From: Octopus sinensis
Lineage: Eukaryota
Length of the DNA stretch: 64,000 nt
Direction of reading: 5' to 3'
Assembly (NCBI RefSeq): GCF_006345805.1
Contig: NC_042998.1
Span: 50,220,001 to 50,284,000, forward strand
In this document: positions 12,409 through 26,519 of the stretch, one piece after another
Numbering within the stretch: position 1 is the stretch's first letter
How the letters are laid out: every line of letters begins with the position of its first letter
Program-made: the position numbers and the translations under genes
The notes under the pieces: model-generated
The model's database searches: none
Seen by the model: only the letters and a program-made list of their open reading frames with translations
Told to the model about the DNA's origin: nothing

Positions 12409-14816
12409 CCCTACATATTGCAAACAATGAAGAACCAGATTCACTGTCACTATTATAATTAGAAAAACAATAGCAGTTAGAAAAACGATAAACGCTGGGA
12501 AATGTTGTCTGAACGTAATTAAATATCTTCAGGTAATTATAACATAAGAACGATGATTGAGCATATGTTTGTGTCAGTTAAACATCATACTGAAGGTTCA
12601 TGTCTTTATATTCAATGACAAGCTATTCAAATGAAAGAAAAATAACACTTATTGAAGTTGGAAATTCTATGGGCTATCTCCAATATCTTTATGCGTAGTT
12701 CGGTGGTCAATTATATGATGAAAACTAGCGTTTTTACATTTTAACTGCAGCTGTTTTATTGACGACATTCACCTTGATGTCAAAAATAAATAAAAAAAGA
12801 ATAAAAAGATCATTCCGTTGTCATGGTCAATTGAATTGGGAACACTGTAATTTACCTTAAAACAGTTAGGTATGACTACCCACAAAAGCATAAAATAAAC
12901 CGTTTTCACTGTTACAGGCATCTCAAAATTTGGACAAAGCGCATAATCCTCAACGATACTCCAAGACACATAACGTAAAACCCATGATCAACTCACACTT
13001 GATTCTAAAATACGAACTTGTGCTTAAAGATGGTTAAATCAACATCTTTTAAAGTAGACACTTGTTTCAAATTCAGAAAGAAAAAAAACTTATTCAACTC
13101 TCAACGCATACATACATATTTACACTTGCAGATATACATACATACAGGCATGCACATGCGCACACACACACACACACACACATACACACACAGAAATAGA
13201 AAGAGTTTTTAAGGAGGCAAGAAATGACTTGAGAATAAATATACTAAGAAACGATGTGTACATGCTGTACGTCCTCAGTAGTCTTGTTATGATAATAGTG
13301 TTTACAACATAACAAGATTCAAAATACAGTAATTAGAGACAAAAATATAGTGTCTAAGATTAGTTGGTAACATGACAATAGGATACTCGATAATGCAATT
13401 TCCGTAGATGTCATGCCCAGTGGTGAAATAGTCAACAAATTTATGGAAGTCCTGAGGAAAATAGGTAGTTTAATCACATCTATCATTCGTAAATCTTACT
13501 CCTTTGACAAGCATATTTGTTGAGAAAAGATTACATTTGTGAAGGACAAACCTACATATCAATTGCAAGAACAAATAGCTCGTATACTACATATATACAA
13601 TGTTAGGAAAGTTCCTGTGCAAATCTCAGTGAATCTGCTAATAAGAGAAGACAGCCTGAAGCATAAATGAAAGGTTTGAGGTGTATTGAAATAGCAACAT
13701 GGAAAGGAAGAAAACCTTTAACTTTACTTTATTAACATGCGTTGAACAAACATGACGGATCGATCGATAGCCTCAGTGTGGATATTATATCAATAGAACC
13801 GAAAGATTCAATGTTGAAGTTTTCAGAAGAAGAAAAAAAAAACCAAATAAAAAGGAAACGAGATGTACATGACCTAGGACTCAGACAACGACAATAACAA
13901 CTTATTTCGCAGTGGGTTTGTATCACTAAAAGGTACACTGATACGTCCCACTGACATGACATTTACTGTATTAACATACTATTTTACCTTTATTATATAA
14001 GCCAATTAAGGGAAAATAAATATATTACGCAGTCAATCCGTATGCTAGAAATAGTAGCAAGGTCTCAATAAAATTACGTCCTCTTAAAAATCAGACATAC
14101 ACATTTGATGATTAAAGACCTATAGGGCCATCGTATTTCGCTATGCAACCATGATATACTGCAAAGTATATTAAACGTTTTTTATAAATCAGGGTTCTAC
14201 TGTGTTACCAGTGCTACTACATCACTCGTTAACGTTAACTATACAGATTTTCTACAGTAACTATAGCCTGCACTGATTTTATTTAGAGCAAGCGTCTTGG
14301 ATACGAAGCGTCGTAATAATTTTCTATTGAAAATTGCAGCGATAACCTTAACATTTGATGATGTAATTTTAGGATACAGTATATGTGAGTAAAAAACTGA
14401 AGTACCTATGATCATAAATGTGATCACGCTAGCCTACTTGAGCTATACAATAACAATTTTTTTACTGTTGTTTATATATCTAAAACTACTTCGGCACTAA
14501 TATACATCGTACTTTTATTTGTTGCTTTTTTGGCTTATAAAAAGACGGAATTGAGACTATATACTTTGTAGACTTTCCGAGACATAGGAGATGTATGTAG
14601 TTAATATTCTACTTGGACGACGATCTGCGATTCAAAAACATGACCAGCGAAGAAATTCCAGAGATTTGATGTATAGGGAGGAAGGAGTGGATGTGGCAGT
14701 TACAACGTAATCTGGCGGGAACGCACGATTTGAGTAATGAAGTGAGAAGAGAGTGGAGGTAATTAGATGAGTCTAATTATGACGCTGACATGAAGAACAG
14801 CGGTCGATTTGTAGGG
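12409..14816. mobile_element. Possible ancient piggyBac-like element
   Basis: TTAA-CCCTACA ... TGTAGGG-TTAA ends 2.4 kb apart. No recognisable transposase motifs. Confidence 0.25.
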
Positions 14817-16594
14817 TTAAAACAAAAAACTATATTAGGCTATTTATAGAGTCTTAAAAGCTTGATGATCCAGACAAATTATAAATGTGGCTTGGTTAAA
14901 AATATAAGTAGAGTATAAACTGTTGTAGATATCTATAAACTGCTGGCAAAATGTTTAATATTGGAGTATAAAAAATGGTGGTGGATTGGTAAAATCGTTA
15001 GAGAGCGATACTTAGGTCTATTTCTGTTATCAGTTCAAATCTCGTCGAAACTGAATTTGTCTTTTAATCGCCCAAGGATGACATAATAAAGTCCCAGTCA
15101 AATATTGGAGTGATTTAATCTAATATTCATTTGCCTTAAAACCTGTTTAAGTAAGAAATTACTACGCCATTACATTCCACCGATTCCTATATATGCTCAA
15201 CAAATCCAAATCTTGCCTACTGAGATAGATTTATTTCGCTGATAAGATCTCATGAGTTTGAAACTTCTTTCTTGCTGTTACCATTTGACTCTAAAGGTAA
15301 GATCCATTCGTAACTACATCACTTCGTATTTCTCAAAAGTTTCGACTAGTTGATTGCATTAACGACATCTCCTCAGGTTGTTGATTTTAAATTTTAAACA
15401 CCCCCTAGGGAGATTTTTTTTTCTATTAATGACGTGGATAATCTAGCGTAATTGAAGTTTATCAACTCACTATATTACTTATGTGGAACACTGCTGCATG
15501 TATATTTTGGACAAGGAATGTTACCTTCAGGGGAACATTCACTCAACATGGAAGTTTGTTTGAATAAGTAGTAAACGCAGCGTGAGCGAACGTCTAGAAA
15601 TAAACCAAGATAAAACGAGACACAAAAGAGACCAAAAAAAAATTTCGGAAAACAAGTTGGAGCATAATATCCAGAACAACAGATGAGTTAAGGAGTGGTC
15701 TGGAAGAAACAGCTACTCTACCGCTCCAGAATATTTACTGAATAAAACCTATTAGACTACAAAGAAGACTTTGTGGAGACTCAAATAAAAATGAATTGCC
15801 GTAAGGAATAGCAAGCCTAATACAGTAGTTCACAGTATTTTTCACTTTGTGATTCGCTGGGGATAAAAGAAAATGACTGGAATTTTTGTATGGAAAGTTT
15901 GTTTTAAAAAAAGAGAGGGAGAGAGAGAGGGAGAGAGAGGACTATTACTGCCTAAATAAATCATATTAAATTATGAATACAGAAAAGTTATCAATAATAA
16001 ATATTTTAAGAAGCTCGAGTATTGTATGGACTTTCTAAAGCCTTTAATTATGTGTTTGAAAAACATAGGTGGCGTATTTATATAATCCTTAATGTGTACT
16101 GTTTGAAAACCAGCAATTTAGTATTTCATCCTACTCCTCTTTTTAACACCTGACAGTGTCCGGCATCGCACTTAGGGTGGTGGATTGCTTTCTACTTTCT
16201 GAGTTCAAATGCCGTGGAAGATCATTTTTACCGTTTATCTTTCTTGGTTGGTTTTTGTATAATCGTCAAAATGTGTATTTTTACGATACAAATAAGATGA
16301 TATATTTTCGAACGGAGAATAGCTGTAGAAGACACTTGTCCAAGATACCACGCAGTGGAACTGAACCCGGGACCATGTGGTTGAGAAGCAAGCTTCTTAC
16401 CACACAGCCACGCCTATGTATTATTTAGTTTTTATTTTGTTTTTCACTTTTCAAATTTTGGACTTTAGCCATTAAAATACAACCAGCACATAATGTATTA
16501 CAAACATAAAGAGCATAAGTTAACGAGAGCGAGTGAGAAAGAAAAGAGAGAGAAAGAGAAAGAGAGAGAGAGGGGAGTGAGTGAGACAGTGAGT

Positions 16595-16639
<45 letters not shown>

Positions 16640-16739
16640 CGTGTGTCAAAATAAGAGACTAAGGGTTAATGAGCAGTGTAAAGAAAAATAAAGTATATGA
16701 AATATAATCAATATCAAGCAAGAGAAAGTAAGAGCTCCA

Positions 16740-16920
16740 TATTGTTGCTTGATATGCTAGATATAAAAACCTAAAATATCTCAAATCTCACCCTGTAATT
16801 TAAAAAAAAAGGCGTATTGAAAATTGTGGCCTTAGGGACTCAGACTAATGGAAAATTCTGAAATACTTTTCATCATTGTGGTTTTTCGATCATTGATGAC
16901 TTGGGGGGCCAAACAACAAA
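16740..16920 (+). mobile_element. Old unclassified interspersed repeat (family D)
   Basis: Loosely similar decayed copies at about 14035, 42245 and 62110 (+) and about 5105, 37070 and 47225-47860 (-), judged by eye. Confidence 0.45.
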
Positions 16921-17028
16921 AATAACTAATTAATATAGCTTATTGGATGGCGTACTTTTCTAGGTAGAGCATGTCTAAAACAACTATAGGATGGTCAAAG
17001 ATGGGGCATCTCTCATCGCAAGGCTGCT

Positions 17029-17070
<42 letters not shown>

Positions 17071-17100
17071 TTACAGGATTTGTTTCGTTTTCTGTTTCGG

Positions 17101-17396
17101 CTCTTTTACTTGTTTCAGTCATTTGACTGCGGCCATGCTGGAGCACCACCTTTAGTCGATCAAATCGACCCCGGGACTTATTCTTTGTAAGCCTAGTACT
17201 TATTCTATCGGTCTCCTTTACCGAACCGCAAAGTTACGAGGACGTAAACACACCACCATCGGTTTGCCAAGCGATGTTGGGGGGACAAACACAAACACAC
17301 ACATATATATGTACATATGCATACAAACGACGGACTTCTTTCAGTTTCCTCTCTGTGTGGTATGTAGCTTGCTTACCACACAGCCACTCCTGCGCC
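17101..17396 (-). mobile_element. SINE family B with internal deletion/inversion in the head
   Basis: Tail and head ends are intact; the core is replaced by an inverted piece forming CTGTGTGGTA...TACCACACAG. Confidence 0.85.
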
Positions 17397-18184
17397 TATA
17401 TATATATATATATATATAGATATATATACACATAATATATATTGATATATATATATATATATATATATTACACACACACATAATATATATTCATATATAT
17501 ATATATATATTATATTGACATATACATTATGATATATGTGTATATATATATACACACACACACATACTCATATATACTGAGAGAGAGAGAGAGAGAGAAA
17601 CAGATAAAGAGTACATGTGTCTGAGTGTGTTTGTATGTTTGTGTGTGTGTGTATGTGTACGTACGTGTGCGTGGATCGGAGTGTCCATGTATGTATATAT
17701 ATATGTATATATATATAGCATATATGTATTTGATACATAGTATAAATAAATTATATATATACTTGGTAATTATACAAGCATGCGCGCGCACACACAGACA
17801 CAAACACAGACGTACATACAGGCACGCACGCGCGCCCATATATGCACACATACGCGCGCATGTATACATACAACCGTACAATTGACAGATTGTTCAGCCG
17901 TTGCTTGCTTCTACAAGCATCATGATATTTTGAAAACGTTACACCAACGATCGTAACGTCAGATATAAATTGAAGGAGTGAACAGCTATCCGCATATTCT
18001 AAATCCCTGCATGTCGGCAACACGTTTGATAATTAGTGATAGCAATCTAATTAGACGTGAATGAATAGGTTTTATTTCAACAGGGTATAAATGGATGTGC
18101 GCAAATGCACGCGTATGTGAACATGTGAGTGTATGTAATTGTGTGTGAGTGTATGCGTGTGTGTGTTTATGTGTGATGTAGGTT

Positions 18185-18445
18185 AATATAGGTATATACA
18201 TAGATGCACACACACATATATATACAGATATATATACATACATACATATATACATATATATACTACATAAATATATACATATATATATATACATACATAC
18301 ATATATACCATATATATAATACATACATACATATATACATATATATCATATACATACATACATATATACATATATTATATATACAACATACATATATACA
18401 TACATACATATATTACATATATATACATATAAATACATAACATAA

Positions 18446-18477
<32 letters not shown>

Positions 18478-19643
18478 CAATACATACATACATATATATA
18501 CATACATACATATATAATTATACATACATACATATATATAATACAGCATACATATACATACATACATATATATATATACATACATATACATATATATATA
18601 TACATACATATATACACTACATATATACATACATAATACATACATATATATATACATACATATATACATATATATACATATATACATACATTATATAATC
18701 ATATATTATATACATTATATATATATATCATATATATTATACATACATATATATATATACATATATATATACATACATAATATATACATATATAATACAT
18801 ATAGATATATATACATATATTATACATAGATATATATACACATATATATTAACAATATATATATACATAATATATATATACATACATATATATATACATA
18901 CATATACATACATATATATAGATACATACATATACAACATATATATTATATATACATACATATACATAATATTATTATATACTACATATAATACATAAAT
19001 ATATACATACATATATATATACATTACATAGACATACATATATATATATAACATACATACGATACATAATATATTATATACATACATATATTATACATAC
19101 ATATACATACATATATATATATATACATACATATATATATATATATATACATATAATATATATATACATATATATATAATATACATATATACATACAATA
19201 TATTACATATACATACATATATATATACACATACATATACATACATATATAATACATACATATATATAATATACATATACATACATACATACATATATAC
19301 ATATATACATACATATATAAATACATACATACAACATATATAAATACATACAAATACATATATAAATACATCATACATACATATATAAATACATACATAC
19401 ATACAGTATAAATACATACATACATATATAATACATACATACATACATATATAAATACATACAATACATACATACATACACATACGTACATACATTATAC
19501 ATACATATACATACATACATATTACTACCATACATACATACATATACATACATATACACACATTATACAATACATAGAATACATAAAATACACATACATA
19601 CATACATAACTACATATACATACATATACATACATACATATAC

Positions 19644-19698
<55 letters not shown>

Positions 19699-19725
19699 CA
19701 TATGCACACACACTACATGCATACA
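18185..19725. repeat. About 1.5-kb degenerate (TA)/(CATA) microsatellite array
   Basis: Almost exclusively A/T/C on the + strand; directly visible. Confidence 0.95.
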
Positions 19726-20387
19726 CACACATACGCGTTTGTGCACGCGTGTGCAAATATGATATATACCGATCTCAGGCTGGAAAAACAAAAACAAATA
19801 ATAACACTATGCAACACTAGACGCAAAATGAAACAAATGAAAGCAGAATAAACGTCAATAATAATAATAATAATTATAATAATAACAACGATAACAACAA
19901 TAAAAGCTATCTAGAACAGTAATGAAAATCAATTAATTCTTCAAATTTCAATTTGTTCTCTAAAAGATAGGATCTAAATTAACAATCAACTGTCTGAGAA
20001 TGTTTGCGGCAGCAAGCCGACTTCAGATGTATCAATCACAATATCTAGCGAGGAGGAAGCGAGTGACCTAGAGACGGAATTCAACGAAGAAAGCTACCTG
20101 GAATCGGGAAACAAAATGAGAATTTTATAAAGGAAATGAAAGAAATGGTAAAACGTAACAGAAAACGATAAAGAATATCATGCGCGAAGCTGGCAAGAAA
20201 TCTCAAGTTAAAATGATAAAACAGATGAAGCTGTAAGGATAATAATCAATGAGATTTAACGAAGAATAACAGAAGCTTTGGACATTGTTTGCGAAAGCAT
20301 TCAATGTATTTGATTTAATGTATGATACGTATCATACGCTGTGATATTATATGCGCGCGCGCACACACATACACACAGAGTGGGTGA

Positions 20388-20786
20388 GATATATATATAT
20401 ATATATGTATGTATATATATTCACACACAGAGAGGGAGATTGATATGTATGTATGTAGATATGTGTCTGTGTATACATATGTACCATATATATATGTGTA
20501 TATATATATATGTACTATGTATATATGTGTATATAATGTGTATATATATATATATATATATACATATGTATATATATATATATATAATATATATATGTAC
20601 GTATGTATATATGTGTATATACATATATTATATATATAATATATGTATATATATATGTTTGTGGTGTATGTATGTATAACTATATGTGCATAATATATGT
20701 TCGTATATACATATGGATATATATATATAATATATATATGTGTGTGTGTATGTATGTATAACTATATGTGCATATATATATTTTCG

Positions 20787-20820
<34 letters not shown>

Positions 20821-21065
20821 GTTTGTGTGTGTATGTATGTATAACTATATGTGCATATATATATGTTCGTATATATATATGGATATATATATATATTATA
20901 TATATATATTATATATATATATGTGTGTGTGTGTATGTATAACTATTGTGCATATATTATGTTCGATAATATTATATATATATATATCTCTATATATAAT
21001 ATATGTGTGTGTGTGTGTGTGTATGTGTGGTATATATGTATAACTATAATTGCATATACATATAA
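20388..21065. repeat. (TA)/(TG) array with a higher-order unit of about 85-100 bp
   Basis: The marker GTATAACTAT..GTGCAT..TTCG recurs about five times from 20665 to 21055. Confidence 0.85.
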
Positions 21066-21080
21066 ATAAATAGTCATATA

Positions 21081-21406
21081 GTGCCAAAGATCCCAGCGTC
21101 TTGATCAAAATACAGAACCAGATACTGAAACAGCTTGGGTTTCACGGGCCCACAGCTCTTCGATATCCTTCCAAAATGCCTGAGAGAGCTGCATGCTGTG
21201 GATGTAAGTGTCTTCAAAACAAAACTGGATCTCCTTTTTTGAAGGGTTCAACATGAGCCCACCTCCCAGCAGAAAACACAGACGAGGTCAGCAGCATGAA
21301 ACTCCCTTATTCACCAAATGCCATATATCAGAAGAGGTTTCAAATAATGGTGTCAATGTTGATGCCCAAGCATGACCGCAGCTTTGAAGCTGCAACAATT
21401 AAAAAG
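21081..21406 (+). mobile_element. CR1/L2-group LINE 3' fragment (disrupted ORF2 C-terminus plus tail)
   Basis: Translates NSLGFTGPQLFDILPKCLRELHAVDVSVFKTKLD and, after a frameshift, EP...RSAA*NSLIHQ, typical of the post-RT C-terminus of this group. Followed by a stem-loop tail. Confidence 0.75.
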
Positions 21407-21454
21407 TTGTTTTTTTCAAGATTAAAGATATACATAGCCATATGTACGTATATA

Positions 21455-21760
21455 TCATGAACGCTCCCGTCGTTAGACAATGGTATGAAGGTTCTGAAAT
21501 TTATTGTTGAACAACAATACAGATGTTTTGTTTATAGTGATCAAATGTCTGTGTTCACATAAGTTCACACCCTCCGTCAAATCAATATTACATATTATCT
21601 GTATGGGTGCACGACGTGCCGCATGTTAGATGTCGAAACGAACGCTGAGCAGCGTGAAATGAAATTCTTTGTTCAAGAACATAACGCAATGCCCGGTACG
21701 GGAATTGAAACCACGATATCGCAATCGTGTGATACCCTAACAACTATGCCATGCGCCTTC
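21455..21760 (-). mobile_element. Decayed SINE family C-related copy
   Basis: tRNA-like head (reverse complement GAAGGCGCATGGCATAGTTGTTAGGG...GGTTTCAATTCCCG) and CTTGAACAAAG core. Confidence 0.55.
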
Positions 21761-21763
21761 AAA

Positions 21764-21804
<41 letters not shown>

Positions 21805-22480
21805 CTAGCAGAGGTACCCAGCGTTGCTCGGGGATGAAATTGTCCCTTATATATTGGAAGAAAAAAGCAAAATATGTGTGAGAGAGTGAGGCAGATTTAC
21901 AGTGAGTGAGCGCCACTTAGAAATCACACACACACTCTCTCTCACTCTCTTACTCACAAGCATATGCATACATAACTTTATACAAACATACAAAAACACA
22001 CGTTGCGTGTGCGACTGACTTGTGTGTGTGTGTGTGAGAGAGAGAGTAAGTGGAGGAGAGAGAACACTGCAAAAAGTGAATGTAATAAACATGATATAAA
22101 AAAATCGTATAAATAACAGCTCGTTAAAAACTATCTTGTATTGAATATTTAAATATTTCTTTCTGTAATTTGTCGTAGTTATTTGCAAATAGCGAATTAA
22201 AACTTGAAATGAAAGCATTAAAATATAGAGTGAAATATATTGCAGATAAAAACGGAAAATTCGCCGTTGCTACGTCGATAACAGAAGTTGATATTAAGAA
22301 ACATTTTAAAGAAGTGAATCATATATAGAACGCAATATTATTTATTTTTTAATAAAACAATCAAATGAAGAGCCTACCATGTGTCCGAGTTCAAATTATT
22401 CATGCGTCACAAGTATGGGAGCAATTGGTGAACCCGTTTTCGCGTGAAAAGAAATACACACACATTTCTATTATATATAT
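21805..22480 (-). mobile_element. Non-autonomous Helitron (second family)
   Basis: CTAG 3' end at 21805-21808 with the same CCCGAGCAACGCTGGG hairpin on the minus strand. The 5' end merges into (TA)n and the TC is not visible. Confidence 0.7.
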
Positions 22481-22484
22481 ATTA

Positions 22485-22521
<37 letters not shown>

Positions 22522-22522
22522 C

Positions 22523-22902
22523 GGGAAGCACTCCGTCGGTTACGACGACGAGGGTTCTGGTTGATCCGAATCAACGGAACAGCCTGCTCATGAAATTAAC
22601 GTGTAAGTGGCTGAGCACTCCACAGATACGTGTACCCTTAACTAGTTCTCGGGGATATTCAGCGTGACACAGAGAGTGACAAGGCCGGCCCTTTGAAATA
22701 CAGGTACAACAGAAACAGAAAGTAAGAGTGAGAGAAAGTTGTGGTGAAAGAGTACAGTAGGGATCACCACCATACCCTGCCGGAGCCTCGTGGAGCTTTA
22801 GGTGTTTTCGCTCAATAAACACTCACAACGCCCGGTCTGGGAATCGAAACCGCGATCCTATGACCCCGAGTCCGCTGCCCTAACCATTGGGCCATTGCGC
22901 CT

Positions 22903-22905
<3 letters not shown>
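22523..22905 (-). mobile_element. SINE family C, full length (tRNA-derived head)
   Basis: A-box/B-box head TGGCCCAATGG / GGTTTCGATTCC; near-identical to 36085-36478. Confidence 0.9.
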
Positions 22906-22969
<64 letters not shown>

Positions 22970-23204
22970 GATATATATATATATATATCAGTTGAATGAA
23001 GTTATGGCATGCTCTGGTTTTCCCGTTTCTTATTATGATATTTTAGCATTAAAAAAACATTTTGTAATGTTCATAAAGTTCAATTAGCGCTTACGTACGT
23101 TCGTAGTAATCATAAGATTCAAAAATGCATTTAACTGACAGTTGAGTTCTTGACAACTGTAGTACTTCTTAGAACGCCCCAACAAGCTGAATTTTGAGAA
23201 TACA

Positions 23205-23422
<218 letters not shown>

Positions 23423-24582
23423 TGTGTAACCGAAGCAAGAAATTAAGCTCTACATTCCTCCCCTGATGTTGAGCATGAATGTAGATTTCTGTGACACATG
23501 GGTCACAGAAATCCAACATAAAGAAAATCAGAGAGGACAAGCTCATGCAAATGCTGAATTCCCAGAAATACATTCGTCTTGTTTGTTCTGGTATTGCATT
23601 CTTGAACGTCAATATAAGATCGATGATACTTTCAGCTTGTGAACCACAAATACAAATGTTCTGTCTGACATACGCTTATGTCAGAACGTAAGAAAATAAG
23701 AAAGCGAATGGGTGAGTCAGATAGAGAGTATAAGTGTGTTTTTAAAACTTTGACAGTCGAGTTTGCTGACCTCTATTGTATTGGCTTTTTCGCAAATCTG
23801 ATATTAGTGGCAAATATTCTAAAGAGAAAATGTCTAAGTTAGAGATATTGATCGTTAGTTTAATAGATGTCGCCATCTTCGTGAATGTTATTTAAGTGTT
23901 CGCTACAAAAGTCAAGTGGTTCTTTTACAAAGTGTACATAAATAAGACACAATAACAAACCATCCCTTTTTAGAATTCTCCAGTAATAGGATTATTTACT
24001 TCGTGCACATCAACCCCACTGGTAAAAATTATATCTTCCTTAACCACAAATAAATATGATTACAGCTTAATCTCCTTTTAAGGGTGTTTATTTCTTTCGT
24101 TAGTCTATGGCAAGTCAACAACAAAGGTCTTAATAGAAATAACTACATGATATTAGTTTACTTCCAAATCGGACAAAAAAACGTAAATAAAGCAAACTAT
24201 AGACATGTAATTGTATAACGACCGCTCGAACTTGCATAACAATTTTTGCATAAACAACATTAGTCCGATACGAAACTCCATTAATGTAGTAATTATATAG
24301 ACATTAGTTTTCTGTCCGACACGGCTGACTGTGTAAAACAGTAATATCCAAACAACATCGTTCATATAGATTAGGTGAAAAAAGAAAGACAAATATTTAC
24401 AAATATTTAAAAGAAAAAAATGAAGATATTTTCTTTTTGTAAACAAATCGCGTTTGCATTTTATGCACAATAAGGAAATTGAACATCTTGTAATATAGAC
24501 AAGCTCATTATTAAAGATTTTAGATGGAGAGTGTTTACAATAACAATATAGTTTGTCAAATATTTTATTTTGTTTTGGTATT

Positions 24583-24803
24583 TAATTCTTTATTGCCCAC
24601 AAGGGACTAAACATAGAGGGGACAAACAAAGGAACTAAGTCGATTACATCGACGCCAAAGCGTAACTGATACTTATTTAATCGACCCCGAAAGGATGAAA
24701 GGCAAAGTCGACCTCGGCGGATTTTGAACTCAGAACGTAGCGGCAGACGAAATACTGCTAAGCATTTCGCCCGATGTGCTAACGTTTCTGCCAGCTCGCC
24801 GCC
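24583..24803 (-). mobile_element. SINE family A, long-tail form, with 17-bp TSD
   Basis: TSD TATTTTGTTTTGGTATT at 24566-24582 and 24804-24820. Confidence 0.92.
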
Positions 24804-25600
24804 TATTTTGTTTTGGTATTGTCTGGTGGAAGAGGTTGTGCTTGGACATCTCTATGAGGAGGAGGCCTCCTCCTCGTTGGGATGCCAATTGAATGAAAAT
24901 GTTTTATGTTGGACAGGCGTGTATAGTTTTTAATCTAACTTTGTAATTTACACCTTCAGTAATATACTCATGTTTCCAATTTTCGACGTTGCCTAAATCG
25001 TGGTAGGCGAACATTACAACATAATTATTTCTTTAAGTAAACGAAATAATTAAGTGATTACCTAGAAACCAAAAACGAAGCGATAAAAAAATTTCATTTG
25101 CAGATGTAATACAGTTTTTGTTTTTCTTTAAGAAAAATATCCTCTTCATGAATTTTTCAATTAATTTCTTTGCTTATATTAGTTTGCGTCAAATATTCTC
25201 CCCATTATCATCAAAACTATCCACGCCTCCGTAATCCATATCTTTTAATTGCCTTGCGAGTCCCTCTTTGTAATAGCAAAAGATTAATTACTGGAAAAAT
25301 TGGATCTACTTCATTCGTTTTTCATTTTCTCATTGCCTAATGTTACCCTACAATTTTAAAAACATTCCACTCATATGCTAAATACATAAATAATCTCTCT
25401 TTCTGAGGTTATGTGTATATGTGCGTTCACCATTAGCGTTCGGATGTATGTATCTGTATACATGAGCCAGTAATATTTCTTTCTTTCTTTCATTCTTCTT
25501 TCTTTCTTTCTTTGTTTCTCACTTTTCACCTGACGATTTAGCACATACGTCATTGTCGTGATGATTGAACAGCTATCAATTTATTCTATTGTCTATATCA

Positions 25601-26190
25601 ATTTCCTTACTACCCACAAGGAGCTAAACACAAAGAGGACAAACAAGGACAGGTTAAGTCGATTATATCGACCCCAGTGCGTAACTGGTACTTATTTAAT
25701 CGACCCCGAAAGGATGAAAGGCTAAGTCGACCTCGGCGGAATTTGAACTCAGAATGTAGCGCCAGACGAAATACCTATTTCTTTACTATCCACAAGGGGC
25801 TAAACACAGAGAGGACAAACAAAGACAGACAAACGGATTAAGTCGATTATATCGACCCCAGTGTGTAACTGGTACTAAATTTATCGACCCCGAAAGAATG
25901 AAAGGCAAAGTCGACCTCGGCGGAATTTGAACTCAGAACGTAGCGGCAGACGAAATACCTATTTCTTTATTACCCACAAGGGGTTAAACACAGAGGGGAC
26001 AAACAAGGACAGACATAGGTATTAAGTCGATTACATCGACCCCAGTGCGTAACTGGTACTTAATTAATCGACCCCGAAAGAATGAAAGGCAAAGTCGACC
26101 ACGGCGGAATTTGAACTCAGAACGTAGCGGCAGACGAAATACCGGTCAGCATTTCGCCCGCCGTGCTAACGTTTCTCCCAGCTCGCCGCC
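25601..26190 (-). mobile_element. SINE family A tandem trimer (one head, three bodies)
   Basis: Three units of about 180 bp joined at GAAATACC|TATTTC. A single 17-bp TSD TTCTATTGT(C/G)TATATCA flanks them at 25584-25600 and 26193-26209. Confidence 0.92.
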
Positions 26191-26207
26191 TTTTCTATTG
26201 TGTATAT

Positions 26208-26519
26208 CAGTGGTTCTCAACCGGGGTCCATGTGGTTGTTGTTGTGTGTATGTGGGGGGTGTATGTGACCGTTGGTGGTTCATGTGGCCCCTGGGGGTCC
26301 ATATAAGATTTTGCCGTAAAAATCTATGTGCAATAAATTGGTTGTACTTCTACAGTGCACAAAATATTTGAACAATTTTGTTTATACAATTTCAAACAAT
26401 ATTTAGTTATAAAAATACAGGATTTAAAAAGAAAAAATTGAACGGCTATGGAGGGAGGTTCACCTAAGTAATGTAGGAATCAAAGGGTCCATAGGCAAAA
26501 AAATGATTGAGAACCACTG
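26208..26519. mobile_element. hAT-type MITE
   Basis: TIRs CAGTGGTTCTCAA / TTGAGAACCACTG; imperfect 8-bp TSD GTGTATAT/GTCTGTAT. Confidence 0.85.

Noticed and set aside
19986-20130. Short acidic reading frame (SSEEEASDLETEFNEE)
   Set aside because: Under 55 codons, with no recognisable homology or convincing splice context.
23484-23685. 12-bp and 9-bp hairpins as terminators or ncRNA
   Set aside because: Short enough to arise by chance or local template switching; no supporting context.
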